A stretch of DNA of 62,931 nt, counting the filler, from Octopus bimaculoides (Eukaryota), in the NCBI RefSeq assembly GCF_001194135.2. It is 4 parts of 4 records of this genome, joined end to end, with 100 filler letters (N's around TTAATTAATTAA, not from the genome) between each part and the next. Parts side by side here need not be neighbours in the genome. Positions count along the whole stretch, not along the records: positions 22,417 to 46,149 come from NC_068989.1; positions 46,250 to 59,252 come from NC_068990.1; 2 more parts are not named here. One strand, 5' to 3'. Positions 37,657 to 51,584 of the stretch are shown piece after piece. The position numbers and the translations under genes were made by a program. Below the pieces are notes generated by a model. That model saw only the letters and a list, made by a program, of their open reading frames with translations, was not told the DNA's origin and did not search any database. The number at the start of each line of letters is the position of its first letter. Positions within the stretch are counted from its first letter, which is position 1.

Positions 37657-39129
37657 AACATTTTTTCAGTGAAGTAGAAAAATAAAATATGATGAAGAGA
37701 AAATGGCGGAAATGACTTTGGTTTGTTGTGTACCACATAACACTATGTAATAACATAATGGTTATATAACTAACTCACCAGTACTTGTTTCTATAATGTT
37801 ACAAAGGGAAAATATTTGTAAAACATAAGGTGAAAAGGAGCAAAATATTTAAAAGCGAAGAAAATTTTCGAAAGAATTTATTTTAACAGAAATAAATAAA
37901 ATTAAATAAATTAGTATGGCTTTAGTTTATGCAAAATTTCATTTCGTTAATTATTGCATTCTTATCTGAGAATACATGAATACATTCTAATTACAGTGGT
38001 GAATTTCTATGAGGAATTATTGCGAAAATAATTCAAAATTTCTGTCAAGTTTATACAGTCCACAATGCAATTCTAATCGTTTCATATTACAACCAACTGT
38101 CTGCCATGTTCCGTTCATTCGCTCACACACACACACACACACNNNNNNNNNNNNNNNNNNNNNNNNNNNNNNNNNNNNNNNNNNNNNNNNNNNNNNNNNN
38201 NNNNNNNNNNNNNNNNNNNNNNNNNNNNNNNNNNNNNNNNNNNNNNNNNNNNNNNNNNNNNNNNNNNNNNNNNNNNNNNNNNNNNNNNNNNNNNNNNNNN
38301 NNNNNNNNNNNNNNNNNNNNNNNNNNNNNNNNNNNNNNNNNNNNNNNNNNNNNNNNNNNNNNNNNNNNNNNNNNNNNNNNNNNNNNNNNNNNNNNNNNNN
38401 NNNNNNNNNNNNNNNNNNNNNNNNNNNNNNNNNNNNNNNNNNNNNNNNNNNNNNNNNNNNNNNNNNNNNNNNNNNNNNNNNNNNNNNNNNNNNNNNNNNN
38501 NNNNNNNNNNNNNNNNNNNNNNNNNNNNNNNNNNNNNNNNNNNNNNNNNNNNNNNNNNNNNNNNNNNNNNNNNNNNNNNNNNNNNNNNNNNNNNNNNNNN
38601 NNNNNNNNNNNNNNNNNNNNNNNNNNNNNNNNNNNNNNNNNNNNNNNNNNNNNNNNNNNNNCACACACAGACACGCGCGCATGCACCCCCCACACCCACA
38701 CACCCACACACCCACACCCACACACACATGGATAACAGTGTGCTTTCAAACGTTATTGTATACAAACTTTCTAATTCAACGAAAGAAAAGAAAACAAACA
38801 CAATACGTTACCTATGGAACAGATTTATTACATAAGTATAGTTTTTATGCTTAAATTGTTCCGTTGTCCAGAGTCATCAGTCCATATGACGATTCTGAAA
38901 CTGTGATATGTCTGCTCGTTTTGCTCATGTTTCTGATTTCACGTATATTTATTTCCTGTTTTCACTGCGTGCAGGATGGTAGTTTACAATTTTCCTGGAA
39001 CATGTGTATTTTCGTTCAATTTAACTCCGTGATTTTAAAAATAATTCTTCTGCTGGCGATATCTAGAGAATAACTCAGTCTTTCTATTTACGGTGGCAGT
39101 TGTTTTCCTAGAAAAGAAATATTTCTCGT

Positions 39130-39650
39130 CATTGCGGCCTCACACTTAACACGGAGGCCCACATCAAGTGCCTGGAGGAGGTAGTGCTGCCCTGGTTCAA
39201 GCGGCTGGCTACTGGGAGACCCTATATTTTTGCAACATAACTCTGCACCATGCCACACAACCGGGAAAACCCAGTCATGGCTGTCAGACAATTTCTGTGA
39301 TCACATCCCCCCTAACATCTGGCCACCCAACTCTCCTGATTGCAACCCCATTGATTATTATGTGCGGGGCGCAGTTTAGCGTGAGACCAACAAAAATCCT
39401 TGTAACACCAAAATGAATTGAAGACAAGGATTATGGCATCATTCACCAACATAAATAAGGAGACCGTCCAGAAGAGTTGCAGGAGATTCCGATGTCATCT
39501 AGAGGTTGAAGCTAATGGCGATTTTATTGAATAAATTTACTCTTTAGTATTTCAAAATATTTTAATGTAAATTCGGTAAATATATCTGTTGAAATGAGAT
39601 GTTAGTGTTATTTTCATTTTTTGCGTAATTTAGACGACAATATATTCACA
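39130..39650 (+). mobile_element. DD37D Tc1/mariner 3' fragment (paralogue of 35192-35670, opposite orientation)
   Basis: Same SAPCHTT..TQSWLSDNFCDHIPPNIWPPNSPDCNPIDYY sequence with stops and frameshifts, and the same 3' UTR. Confidence 0.9.
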
Positions 39651-40977
39651 ACAACATATATATACATATACACACACATACACACACGCGCACACACATA
39701 CTCACACACATATATACATACATATCTGTATATATATATATGTCTTGTCACTGAACCACGATTCATATTCATTTAGCACTCGATCAGAATTATTTCCCAT
39801 TGTATTTTAAATATATACATGCTTTGTTATGAATTCACTTACGCTTTGTGCCCATATTTTGTTCAAGGAAAGGTTTACTCCGCCGAGAATTCTGTCCTTG
39901 AATATACATTGTTTATGGAATAATATTAAGTATGTGGCTGAGAAAATGCAAGCTAGCGTTTTCATACATTTATTAGCTATCATCTCATATGTTACTTTGA
40001 GTGTTTCTTGTTTGGATCCATTTCGTTATTATACTCATAAGTTTGCTACATATTCAATGGTATTTGCCGATTCATTTGTTTGACACTACAATACTATACT
40101 CTAAGATTTGCTGTTGATTTTCTATGCAGAAATGTCTTGACATTTATTTCTGTTAACTAACTACAAGCACCAAGTAATTATAATTGTTTATTACATTCTT
40201 CCTGAATTATGAATATTACGGAGTTGTATCTAATAATGAAATCATTAAGAAATACTGAGCATTCTTCTGAAGCATCAAGAGGGGAAGATGCTATGCATAA
40301 TTCATATATATTCAATCAGGCCGCTGTTTCTGATGCTCTCAAGAATGATATCTTCAGGGAGTTTCAATTAGTAAAGTGCCGGTAAAGGTCAAACAATGTG
40401 TCTCTTACCAAATCAACAATAATAATGAACCCATAAACATTCATTCATATTCTCCGTAAATATCATTTACTCTTTGACATTAAGTTACTTTATGCAAATC
40501 ATCAGTATTCCCATCATTGAAATTAGTTTAAATTACATTGTGTCTCTAAAAATGCTTTAACAAGACCTCTGGACTATTCAATAAATGTTGTGGTGAAATT
40601 TATTAAATCGATACCAGAAAATTGTTATCAAATATTCTAATCCCTAAAGAATGAAATGTAAAAATCATCTTCAGTGAGAGACGTATTAGAATTGTAGATA
40701 CTGGTAAAGAAACAGAGCCATATTGGCAGCCCATTGCTCCTACTTTTGGATTTTTTAAAAAGAATAAGCTTTCTTTATTCGGAACCTTTCTAAATATAAA
40801 TATATAACAGAAATAGGGTACCTAAAGACAATTGAATAATTAAACCATTGAAAGCAAACAGAGAAAGAAGAAAATCAACGATGAAATACTCGTAAATGGC
40901 TTTGGCTTGCAAATGATATCTAATTTCCAGACTGGAGAACACTCCGCAAAACGTATTGAATGCCTTCTTTGTCTGTC

Positions 40978-41035
<58 letters not shown>

Positions 41036-41639
41036 NNNNNNNNNNNNNNNNNNNNNNNNNNNNNNNNNNNNNNNNNNNNNNNNNNNNNNNNNNNNNNNNN
41101 NNNNNNNNNNNNNNNNNNNNNNNNNNNNNNNNNNNNNNNNNNNNNNNNNNNNNNNNNNNNNNNNNNNNNNNNNNNNNNNNNNNNNNNNNNNNNNNNNNNN
41201 NNNNNNNNNNNNNNNNNNNNNNNNNNNNNNNNNNNNNNNNNNNNNNNNNNNNNNNNNNNNNNNNNNNNNNNNNNNNNNNNNNNNNNNNNNNNNNNNNNNN
41301 NNNNNNNNNNNNNNNNNNNNNNNNNNNNNNNNNNNNNNNNNNNNNNNNNNNNNNNNNNNNNNNNNNNNNNNNNNNNNNNNNNNNNNNNNNNNNNNNNNNN
41401 NNNNNNNNNNNNNNNNNNNNNNNNNNNNNNNNNNNNNNNNNNNNNNNNNNNNNNNNNNNNNNNNNNNNNNNNNNNNNNNNNNNNNNNNNNNNNNNNNNNN
41501 NNNNNNNNNNNNNNNNNNNNNNNNNNNNNNNNNNNNNNNNNNNNNNNNNNNNNNNNNNNNNNNNNNNNNNNNNNNNNNNNNNNNNNNNNNNNNNNNNNNN
41601 NNNNNNNNNNNNNNNATATATATATATATATATATAAGA

Positions 41640-42050
41640 GACCAAAATCTACGTACGCCGCTATATGTTGTACATATAAAAAATACAAAATGGGACAAGA
41701 ACTCAAAACATTCCGACAGTTAGGTGATACACAATAGGGACAACGAAACATCCAGATAGACGATACAAAGGAAACAAGGACGGGTCATTCGGAATATACT
41801 TTCCTCACTCGAGTTCCAGATTATCTTTGCAACTTCGGCTGGTTATACTCGAGATTGATCCAATCTGGCCAGCTCCAAGGAAAAATTAAGCTAAGAGCAT
41901 TAGATTCCTTGCAAGAAAGCAGCGAATGTATACGAAAATAAGGACGGAAAAAAACAAATGGAGAATGTTACACAAATACAAATAACAGGACATAACAACA
42001 GGTGTCCTTCGACTAAGGACGAATTAAATGAAGCTGGTATGAAAACACAC
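41640..42050. mobile_element. Interspersed repeat remnant next to (TA)n, possibly Penelope-like
   Basis: Non-coding, bounded by microsatellites, with a decayed hammerhead-like arrangement at 41775-41812; family call is inferred. Confidence 0.35.
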
Positions 42051-42301
42051 GGTTTGTTTAGTATCACCATCTATATCTATACTTGTACATATACATAGAT
42101 ACATAGACACACACACACACACATATAGATACCTACAAATACATACACATCTATATATGTATATAAATATAGATACACACATGTATGTAAATATATATGT
42201 CTATACGTATACATATAGATGTACGCACATAAAAATGACTGTATATATGTGTTTATGTGTGAGTGTGTGTGTGTGTGTGTGAGAGTGTGTATGTATGCAA
42301 A

Positions 42302-42332
<31 letters not shown>

Positions 42333-43157
42333 GATATATAAACTGTATTTCATTACAAATATGTGTGTGGGATATTTCAACTTCTGAAGGCAACATCACT
42401 GCAGTTTACCGTGGAGAAAAAAACTTCTTGCTTATAGTAAAGGTGTAGATACAACAGTATCGATTCGATGGCACCTTTTCGTGAACCCTTAGACGCATTT
42501 TTGGTTTGTTATAACTTCTTAACGCCAAAGAGAGATAATCCTGAGCTGACTGGGATGCCGCAGCATTATAATAAATCAATCAATACGGTTGAATGTAAAG
42601 AGACGGCAGAAATGTTTTTGAGCATTTTGTCCGACGCACTAAGGCTTCTGCTAATTCACTGTTATCGAAAATAAATTAATCATTGCAGCAAAAAAAAAAC
42701 AAAAAAAAAACAAAAAAACTGCTTTGTTACGGTCAAAACGCACTTTTTTTATATAGTTCCCCCCAATCAGGGCTGTTGTTGTTGGCACTCCGTCAATTAC
42801 GACGTCGAGGGTTCCAGTTGATCTGATGAACGAANNNNNNNNNNNNNNNNNNNNNNNNNNNNNNNNNNNNNNNNNNNNNNNNNNNNNNNNNNNNNNNNNN
42901 NNNNNNNNNNNNNNNNNNNNNNNNNNNNNNNNNNNNNNNNNNNNNNNNNNNNNNNNNNNNNNNNNNNNNNNNNNNNNNNNNNNNNNNNNNNNNNNNNNNN
43001 NNNNNNNNNNNNNNNNNNNNNNNNNNNNNNNNNNNNNNNNNNNNNNNNNNNNNNNNNNNNNNNNNNNNNNNNNNNNNNNNNNNNNNNNNNNNNNNNNNNN
43101 NNNNNNNNNNNNNNNNNNNNNNNNNNNNNNNNNNNNNNNNNNNTTCTTCTTCTTCTT

Positions 43158-43205
<48 letters not shown>

Positions 43206-44163
43206 TTACTACTGCTGCTGCTGCTGCTTCCGCTGCTACTGATGCTGCTGCTGTTACTTTCCTTTTCTGCTTCAGTTTAATACGAATGTTATTGGTTGCC
43301 AGTTTGATGTTAGCGAGCATAATCTGGCAAGACGGAGAGTTTTTTTTTTTTCTTCCAATTTTTCTTTTGTTGCTGTTGAGTTTTGTTGTTGTTTATAATC
43401 TAATAAACATTTCTGAAACCTTCTAATAAAGGACTTCACAAATAAGGTTTGAGATTTATAGGAGAATTAAATAAAATGAAATGTTAGAGCTAACAATGAA
43501 CAAGAGAGTTCATTTCGGAGAAATGGTCACATAATTCAATTTAGTGATTTAATGACATTTTAATTAATTAAAAATGATGAAAATGAGGATTTAGGATATT
43601 CAGTAAAGAATGAATCTTATCGCCAAAGTATAGTGACAATTCTGATCATACTTGAGTTCTATTAGATCTCATTAGAAATATTCTTTGGTGAATTGGCGAA
43701 GTCATTCAATGTTGGATACAATGCCATGCAGTATATATTTCAGTTCTGAGTTCAGATCCTGTTGAAGTTAATTTTGGTTTTTCAACCTCTTGGGGGTCGA
43801 TAAAAAGAATAGCAACCCATGGCGATGGAATGAGGGAAATGTTTGAGAGTCTGAAATAACGCCTTGCAGTATCTGTTACATTTCTTTTCGTTCTTACGGC
43901 AACGTCAGCAATGAGACTGAGGCTTTTCCTCCTCTTGATAAACATCAGTGGTAGGTAAGAAGAAAGGGGACTTCCGAGCATGGACATCTATTGGTATTCT
44001 CCCCACCAAAAAACCAAAAAAAGAAAAAAAGTGGTACAGAGGCATGTGCAGATGTCTGATCAACACTGACTGACGAAGGACTTATACACACACTGTCACC
44101 GAAATACAGTGATTACTACTATACCAGACTAAGAAGAAATGCATAATTTGTGGCAAGCTATTC

Positions 44164-44215
<52 letters not shown>

Positions 44216-44254
44216 CAAATATATATATATATGTATGTATGTGTGTGTATATGT

Positions 44255-44465
44255 GTGTGTGTCTGTGCTTGTCCCCCCAGCATCGCTTAACAACCGATGC
44301 TGGTATGTTTATGTCCCCGTAACTTAGCGGTTCGGCAAAAGAGACCGATCGAATAAGCACTAGGCTTACTTAAAAAGAATAAGTCCTGGGGGTCGATTTG
44401 CTCAACTAAAGGCGGTGCTCCAGCATGGCCACAGTCGAATGACTGAAACAGGTAAAAGAGTAAAC
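44255..44465 (+). mobile_element. SINE family B 3' half
   Basis: TTGTCCCCCCAGCATCGCTTAACAACCGATGCTGG...CAGCATGGCC. Confidence 0.85.
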
Positions 44466-45741
44466 AGAGTATAAGCATATCTTAATTTTTAAGCAAACAG
44501 TATTTAAAAAAATATTTTTCAGCGTTTTTAGGAAAACAATAAGTTAAATAAGTAAATTTTGCAAACAACGCAGATGCATTGTTAAGTCCTTACCGATAAA
44601 AACTGTTATCCACCTGCAGATTATATGGTGCTTAATACAGCATTGTACACATTTTACTAACGCTTTTCCCAAGGCAGTTTTCATTACTGATATATTTTAA
44701 ACTTTATTATTTTATACAGAAGTTAGTATAGAATTTTCCAATGCTTCGACGCCAGTATATTACTTCTTTTATTGAGCGAAGACTCCTGAAATACAAAATC
44801 GATAATGGGTCAATTTGAACTTATGGTGCAAAGAAATAGAGCAAAATTCTCTAAGGCACGTTGATGCGTCTTGCATTCTAGAGTATCTGCTGATTTACTA
44901 CCTTGAAGATGTGTTATCTCTGTTACAAACTTTACTTGAAGAACGTATTATCTTAGGGAATTATCGGTATGGTAGATATGTCACTTCAAATTACTGCGCA
45001 GTTTAGTAAAACTGAAAATGCCTGTTCACAAAAAAAGGTCAAATGTTATAATGTGCGATATGCTGAAGAAACAAGCATATTGCTGGAGAGAATTGAAATA
45101 TTTTGTAGATGACCTTTCGATCTTTTGTTAATGCCAGTTTGTTGGCGGTGGTGCCACTTGTGAAGAAATATCATTATTAAAAGAAGGTTCATGAACAGAA
45201 TGAGCGATCTTGTAAACGTTCTTCAATGTATTCTCAAAATGCTGATTACTGCTGCTTATCTTGGCTTGATGTTAGATAAATATTTTAATGGATTTTTCTC
45301 TCATTCCTCAAGAATGAAGAAGTTCAGATACCAATGGGATCAACTTTAACTTTTGTTCGTCCAGAATAAATAAAGTAAAAGCCAATAAAATAGTGAAATT
45401 AAATTAATTAAATCGAATATGGCTCTCCCGTAGAGTAACACATTGTTAAGATAGGTACATTATCGAGCAAATATTTAACAATATTTAGTGGAACCCAAGG
45501 TAGTATTTAGTTATGACCTTGTGAGTTCAAATGCCGCCGAGGTCGACTTGCTTTTCATTATCTGAAAACTGATAAAATAAATACCATTCTAATACATAGG
45601 ACAGCGTTTTTCGACTCTACAGCAATTGAGGTCTTATGCCTAGATGTCAGAATGTGATTCGTTTTCATTACCTATATTGGGTACTTTACACACACAGACC
45701 CCCACAAACACTTACGGACGCACACATACACACACATACAC

Positions 45742-45788
<47 letters not shown>

Positions 45789-46149
45789 TGTGTGCGCGCG
45801 TATTTCAGGAAAAACTATTGCTTACATATTGCTAAGAAAGTAGCAGCGCAAGTATTCCCATACCGGAAATCTGTGTTGTTATGTTTGCGTCCCCGTAAAC
45901 TTGCAGTTCGGCAAAGCAGATCGATGGAATAAGTACCATGCTTATAAAAAAAACATAAGTACTGTGCTCGATTAGCTCAACTAAAATTCCCCAAGACGCT
46001 GCCCTACCATGGTTCCAGGTTCAGTGCAACTGCGTGACATCTTGATCAAATGTCATCTTCTGTAGGTTCAAGTTGGCCAAAGCCTTATGAGTGGACTTGG
46101 GAGATAGAAACTGAAAGAAGAAGGTCGCACACATAGAGGCATATATATA

Positions 46150-46249
46150 NNNNNNNNNNNNNNNNNNNNNNNNNNNNNNNNNNNNNNNNNNNNTTAATTA
46201 ATTAANNNNNNNNNNNNNNNNNNNNNNNNNNNNNNNNNNNNNNNNNNNN
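46150..46249. other. Synthetic assembly spacer N44-TTAATTAATTAA-N44
   Basis: Same 100-bp structure as at 22317. Confidence 0.95.
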
Positions 46250-46470
46250 AATAAGTGCAGTACGCCTTTCTGGCCTCTTCGTGAAATTATCATCAAGAAG
46301 TGTGCGCACATTCCAACAGCCAAAATTCAAACGATGTTTATTTTTACTTTTTCTTGAGGACTGTTTGACCACAGTGGGAGGATGACGACCGGGTCCAGCC
46401 TGTGATACACTGGGACACATGCCGGGCCAGACCTGTTCCCCTGATGTTCCCAAGCCTTTTTTGCCATTTA
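46250..46470 (-). mobile_element. RTE-clade LINE, start of APE endonuclease ORF, cut by the spacer
   Basis: KHRLNFGCWNVRTLLDDNFTKRPERRTALI matches the RTE/BovB-type WNVRTL..RPERRTAL motif. Confidence 0.85.
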
Positions 46471-47677
46471 CTGAATTTGTTTCAGACATTTTAAAATAAG
46501 TTACAGGTGCATTTTTAGGTTTCTGCCAACCAACCAATTGAATGATTTTACTAAGATTTGGAGTACAGGAAGTACCTGTGCAGATGAATAATTTTTATGT
46601 ATATCAATAGAGGAGTGTATAAAGATCTATACACACAGAGAAGAGCCTTGGCAAGAATTGCCCTTTTTAATATGTAAGGAAGTCTTGTCAAGGGTGTTGT
46701 CTTTGTCTATAAATCTTTATAATCTCTGATATTTTAAAATATGTCTTATAACTTCTATTACGCATGCGAACCACTGGTAATAAATTATTCTAATTTTTTA
46801 CTCTCATATTTACAATATATCTATTTATTTATTTATTTATTTATTTATGTGTTTCAGCCAAGTGGCTGCGGTCATGCTGGTGCATGTACTAAATATTTAT
46901 TTTTGATTTGATTTTCTACTCATATGACAATCCGTCCACTTATGATACTCCAACATTACCATATACATTTTTTTTCATCTGGGGACTGCAATACTTATTC
47001 TAGCACTTTCTCATTAAAATACACACAAACACATACACACACACACACACATGTAATACACATATCTCTTGATAGTGCGATCGGACGAAATATAGAGTAA
47101 TATTCACTAGTCGCCAGATGCGGCTATGAATGACATTTATTTTTTCTATGCATTAATACTTCAAATTATTGTTACCGCTAAAACCTCCACACGAATTTCT
47201 TATTATAGCATATAGATTCTGAAGTTAGTAGCTGTGTAAATACTATCCATATAGGTTTATATATTCATATGCTTGGAGAATAATTATTGCAAAAAAGAGG
47301 AACTATTTCTCATTCTCTCGAAAGTTTATCAAACTCTTTTGGCGTCAACGCACACACATGTCTTCACCACACATACACCACTATACAAACATCCATACAC
47401 ACTGTTCAAGTCATTACTCACTTCATACACCATTACACACACGCCCCAAAACACCTTCCCACTCCACACACATTAGCAACGAACACTTTTCAGCACCCAC
47501 ACCAAACACCATTATCAACACATCCACACACCCACACGCAAATCTTCAATAGCGTCACCACACATACCACTTTACGAGCAGCCCCACGCACAGTCTAACA
47601 CAGTACACACACCACATACTATCATGCACACTCCCACGCCCACATGATACCTGAACAGAAGTAATATATACACACAC

Positions 47678-47727
<50 letters not shown>

Positions 47728-48257
47728 ATAGATACAGTTCTATATTTAAGAGATGTTAACAACAAACAAGATCAGGACGAATATCCGTCAAATGTAAATA
47801 ATGTAAATAATGTAAAACAAAAAATGTCTGTGTGTAATGCGTATGCATTTATACTGTTTTCAACCAATTCTCACCAAACGTTAAACACACATTACTTATG
47901 TGCGAAGAACGTTCGTGCACTATAATATTTTGTAAAGCGAGAAATAGGAAAGAAGATGTTTTACATGGGTTTTTCCATAAAACTGCAATTTTCGACCGAT
48001 TCTCTCCCTATTCTCATTCTCCGTTTCTCTTGTTTACATATATTCTCTCACTCTCTGTAATAGTTACTCACTTTTAGTCTATGTCTTCTTTCCATCCTTC
48101 TTTCTCCATCCCTAGTTCTTTCTTACTTTCTTTCTTTCTTTGTGTTCGACTAAAGGCAGTGCTCTAGCATGCCCACAGGCAAATGGCTGGAACAAGTTAA
48201 AGAATAAAACTGTCTATGCCATTTGAATCCCCTGCAACGCCGGGTATCTCTGTTAGT

Positions 48258-48295
<38 letters not shown>

Positions 48296-50041
48296 CATAC
48301 ACACATGCATACATATATACATATATACATACACACAGACATATATATATATATATATATNNNNNNNNNNNNNNNNNNNNNNNNNNNNNNNNNNNNNNNN
48401 NNNNNNNNNNNNNNNNNNNNNNNNNNNNNNNNNNNNNNNNNNNNNNNNNNNNNNNNNNNNNNNNNNNNNNNNNNNNNNNNNNNNNNNNNNNNNNNNNNNN
48501 NNNNNNNNNNNNNNNNNNNNNNNNNNNNNNNNNNNNNNNNNNNNNNNNNNNNNNNNNNNNNNNNNNNNNNNNNNNNNNNNNNNNNNNNNNNNNNNNNNNN
48601 NNNNNNNNNNNNNNNNNNNNNNNNNNNNNNNNNNNNNNNNNNNNNNNNNNNNNNNNNNNNNNNNNNNNNNNNNNNNNNNNNNNNNNNNNNNNNNNNNNNN
48701 NNNNNNNNNNNNNNNNNNNNNNNNNNNNNNNNNNNNNNNNNNNNNNNNNNNNNNNNNNNNNNNNNNNNNNNNNNNNNNNNNNNNNNNNNNNNNNNNNNNN
48801 NNNNNNNNNNNNNNNNNNNNNNNNNNNNNNNNNNNNNNNNNNNNNNNNNNNNNNNNNNNNNNNNNNNNNNNNNNNNNNNNNNNNNNNNNNNNNNNNNNNN
48901 NNNNNNNNNNNNNNNNNNNNNNNNNNNNNNNNNNNNNNNNNNNNNNNNNNNNNNNNNNNNNNNNNNNNNNNNNNNNNNNNNNNNNNNNNNNNNNNNNNNN
49001 NNNNNNNNNNNNNNNNNNNNNNNNNNNNNNNNNNNNNNNNNNNNNNNNNNNNNNNNNNNNNNNNNNNNNNNNNNNNNNNNNNNNNNNNNNNNNNNNNNNN
49101 NNNNNNNNNNNNNNNNNNNNNNNNNNNNNNNNNNNNNNNNNNNNNNNNNNNNNNNNNNNNNNNNNNNNNNNNNNNNNNNNNNNNNNNNNNNNNNNNNNNN
49201 NNNNNNNNNNNNNNNNNNNNNNNNNNNNNNNNNNNNNNNNNNNNNNNNNNNNNNNNNNNNNNNNNNNNNNNNNNNNNNNNNNNNNNNNNNNNNNNNNNNN
49301 NNNNNNNNNNNNNNNNNNNNNNTATATATATATATATGTACATATCAATACACACACATATATATATATGTATATGTGTGTGTGTGTTTATAAGTATGAA
49401 AGTATAAAGTTAGTAGAGTCTCCCTGAAATATTTTCTACATATATTCTATACTGAGATGGAGCTTCATATACAAATGCATGCATAAAAATAAAAATCTAT
49501 CTCTTTTGCTATTTATATGTATGTTTACATATTTATATTAATAGGTACCTCACAAAGAAATATTCAGCTAATTATCTTCCATTATTACTCTCCGTTAACC
49601 TTTAAGATCTCAAACAGAACACTATTATCCCAAACTTGCAGTATTTTTTGAGATTTTCTCAAAGTGCCATTAACGTAGAGCAGGTGATTATGATGCCAGC
49701 TTTTGTTATCAACCAAGCAATTTCTAAAGAATCACTCTGTTGCGCTATACATGGAGTGTATACAAATTCTAGCCTGTGGGAAATTACTCCAGCAGAAATC
49801 TAATAGAATTCGTGGTGTTACTTATATTTGGAATATTTCTAAGTATATATTTCTTTACTCTATGTTTATAAGTATGTTTAAGTATCTGCGTACACACACG
49901 CGCACGAACACACACGCGCGCGAACACACACACGTATGTGCATGTACATATATATTTATAGATAGATGTGTCTACATTTGTGTTATGGATTGTATATTTC
50001 TACATATATTTACATATAAACGCACTTACTAATGTATGTAT

Positions 50042-50082
<41 letters not shown>

Positions 50083-50879
50083 NNNNNNNNNNNNNNNNNN
50101 NNNNNNNNNNNNNNNNNNNNNNNNNNNNNNNNNNNNNNNNNNNNNNNNNNNNNNNNNNNNNNNNNNNNNNNNNNNNNNNNNNNNNNNNNNNNNNNNNNNN
50201 NNNNNNNNNNNNNNNNNNNNNNNNNNNNNNNNNNNNNNNNNNNNNNNNNNNNNNNNNNNNNNNNNNNNNNNNNNNNNNNNNNNNNNNNNNNNNNNNNNNN
50301 NNNNNNNNNNNNNNNNNNNNNNNNNNNNNNNNNNNNNNNNNNNNNNNNNNNNNNNNNNNNNNNNNNNNNNNNNNNNNNNNNNNNNNNNNNNNNNNNNNNN
50401 NNNNNNNNNNNNNNNNNNNNNNNNNNNNNNNNNNNNNNNNNNNNNNNNNNNNNNNNNNNNNNNNNNNNNNNNNNNNNNNNNNNNNNNNNNNATATATATA
50501 TATATATAGTGTATTGTCCGTCGGTCTGAATGAGGTTCATTGAATTCTCTACGAACTAACTTCTTGCACGTAATATTAATTACTATGCGCTTGAACGTTA
50601 CATAAACATAATTTGTCGGACGATTATATCTGATACAATGGCTGGATATTTGAATTACAGCAACTATCTGAAACAAAGTTTGAAAATGGAACAAAGAAGA
50701 AGAAATTCCTAACACCTTACAAGTAGTATATTTATCAATTGCCACAACTATTACAGCAAATCTGCCCCCACTGGTATTTGAGCTCAAGTTTTCAGATATA
50801 CCTATAGAAAGGAACTGAGAAAGATTTGCATTTTTATATAGTCATCGTCTATTTGATGTAGAAAGGGTCATTCTTTAAA

Positions 50880-51110
50880 GGTGATGAGCTGGCAGAGCCG
50901 TTAATACGTCAGGTAAAATGCTGAGTGACATTCCGTCTGTCTTTACGTTATGATTTCCACTGAGTTGAAAATTCTCCGAGGTCGACTGTGCGTTTCATAC
51001 CTCAGGATCGATAAAATAAGTACCAGTTGAGGTCACTGACGTCTCTGCAATCAACTTATACCGTCTTTCGATATTTTGGCACACCGGCCTTGTGCCAAAA
51101 TTTGAAACAA
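50880..51110 (+). mobile_element. SINE family A (diverged)
   Basis: GGTGATGAGCTGGCAGAG..GAGGTCGACT..GATAAAATAAGTACCAGTTG. Confidence 0.75.
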
Positions 51111-51233
51111 TTATTACAGTGAATGCACAGTGAATTTTGCTTGTGTGAAGACATATTGTGTATATTCATACATACACTCAAATTTACAACATGCATCATG
51201 CACACAAACATATACACGTGTGCAAATTTCCAC

Positions 51234-51314
<81 letters not shown>

Positions 51315-51584
51315 GATACACACACACTGCAAATTATTAGTGAAGTGTAATAAAAACTCATGCAAACAAGATTGTTTACATACTGAAATGAACAAATGGA
51401 AGAAATAGAATAAAACAATAAACAACAAACAAAAATTATAGGTGAGCTGATCAGTAGGGGACATAGAGCGTTTGTTTGAAATAAGTTAGAAAAGGTACTT
51501 ATTTCTGGATCTCCTGTGATGTTATACAACGGGATACATCTATTATCACTTGCCACAGTTCATCCTTGTTCTTAAATTGGCGTC

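Noticed and set aside
41775-41812. Minus-strand GTGAGGA..stem..GAAT..GTC
   Set aside because: Both catalytic boxes are mutated and there is no stem I; at most a fossil.
45050-45135. YFVDD peptide resembling a reverse-transcriptase YxDD motif
   Set aside because: No other RT motifs nearby in any frame.
50700-50820. QVVYL peptide echoing the 33571 candidate
   Set aside because: Five-residue match only, lacks the LRR Asn, and lies across a synthetic spacer from 33571.
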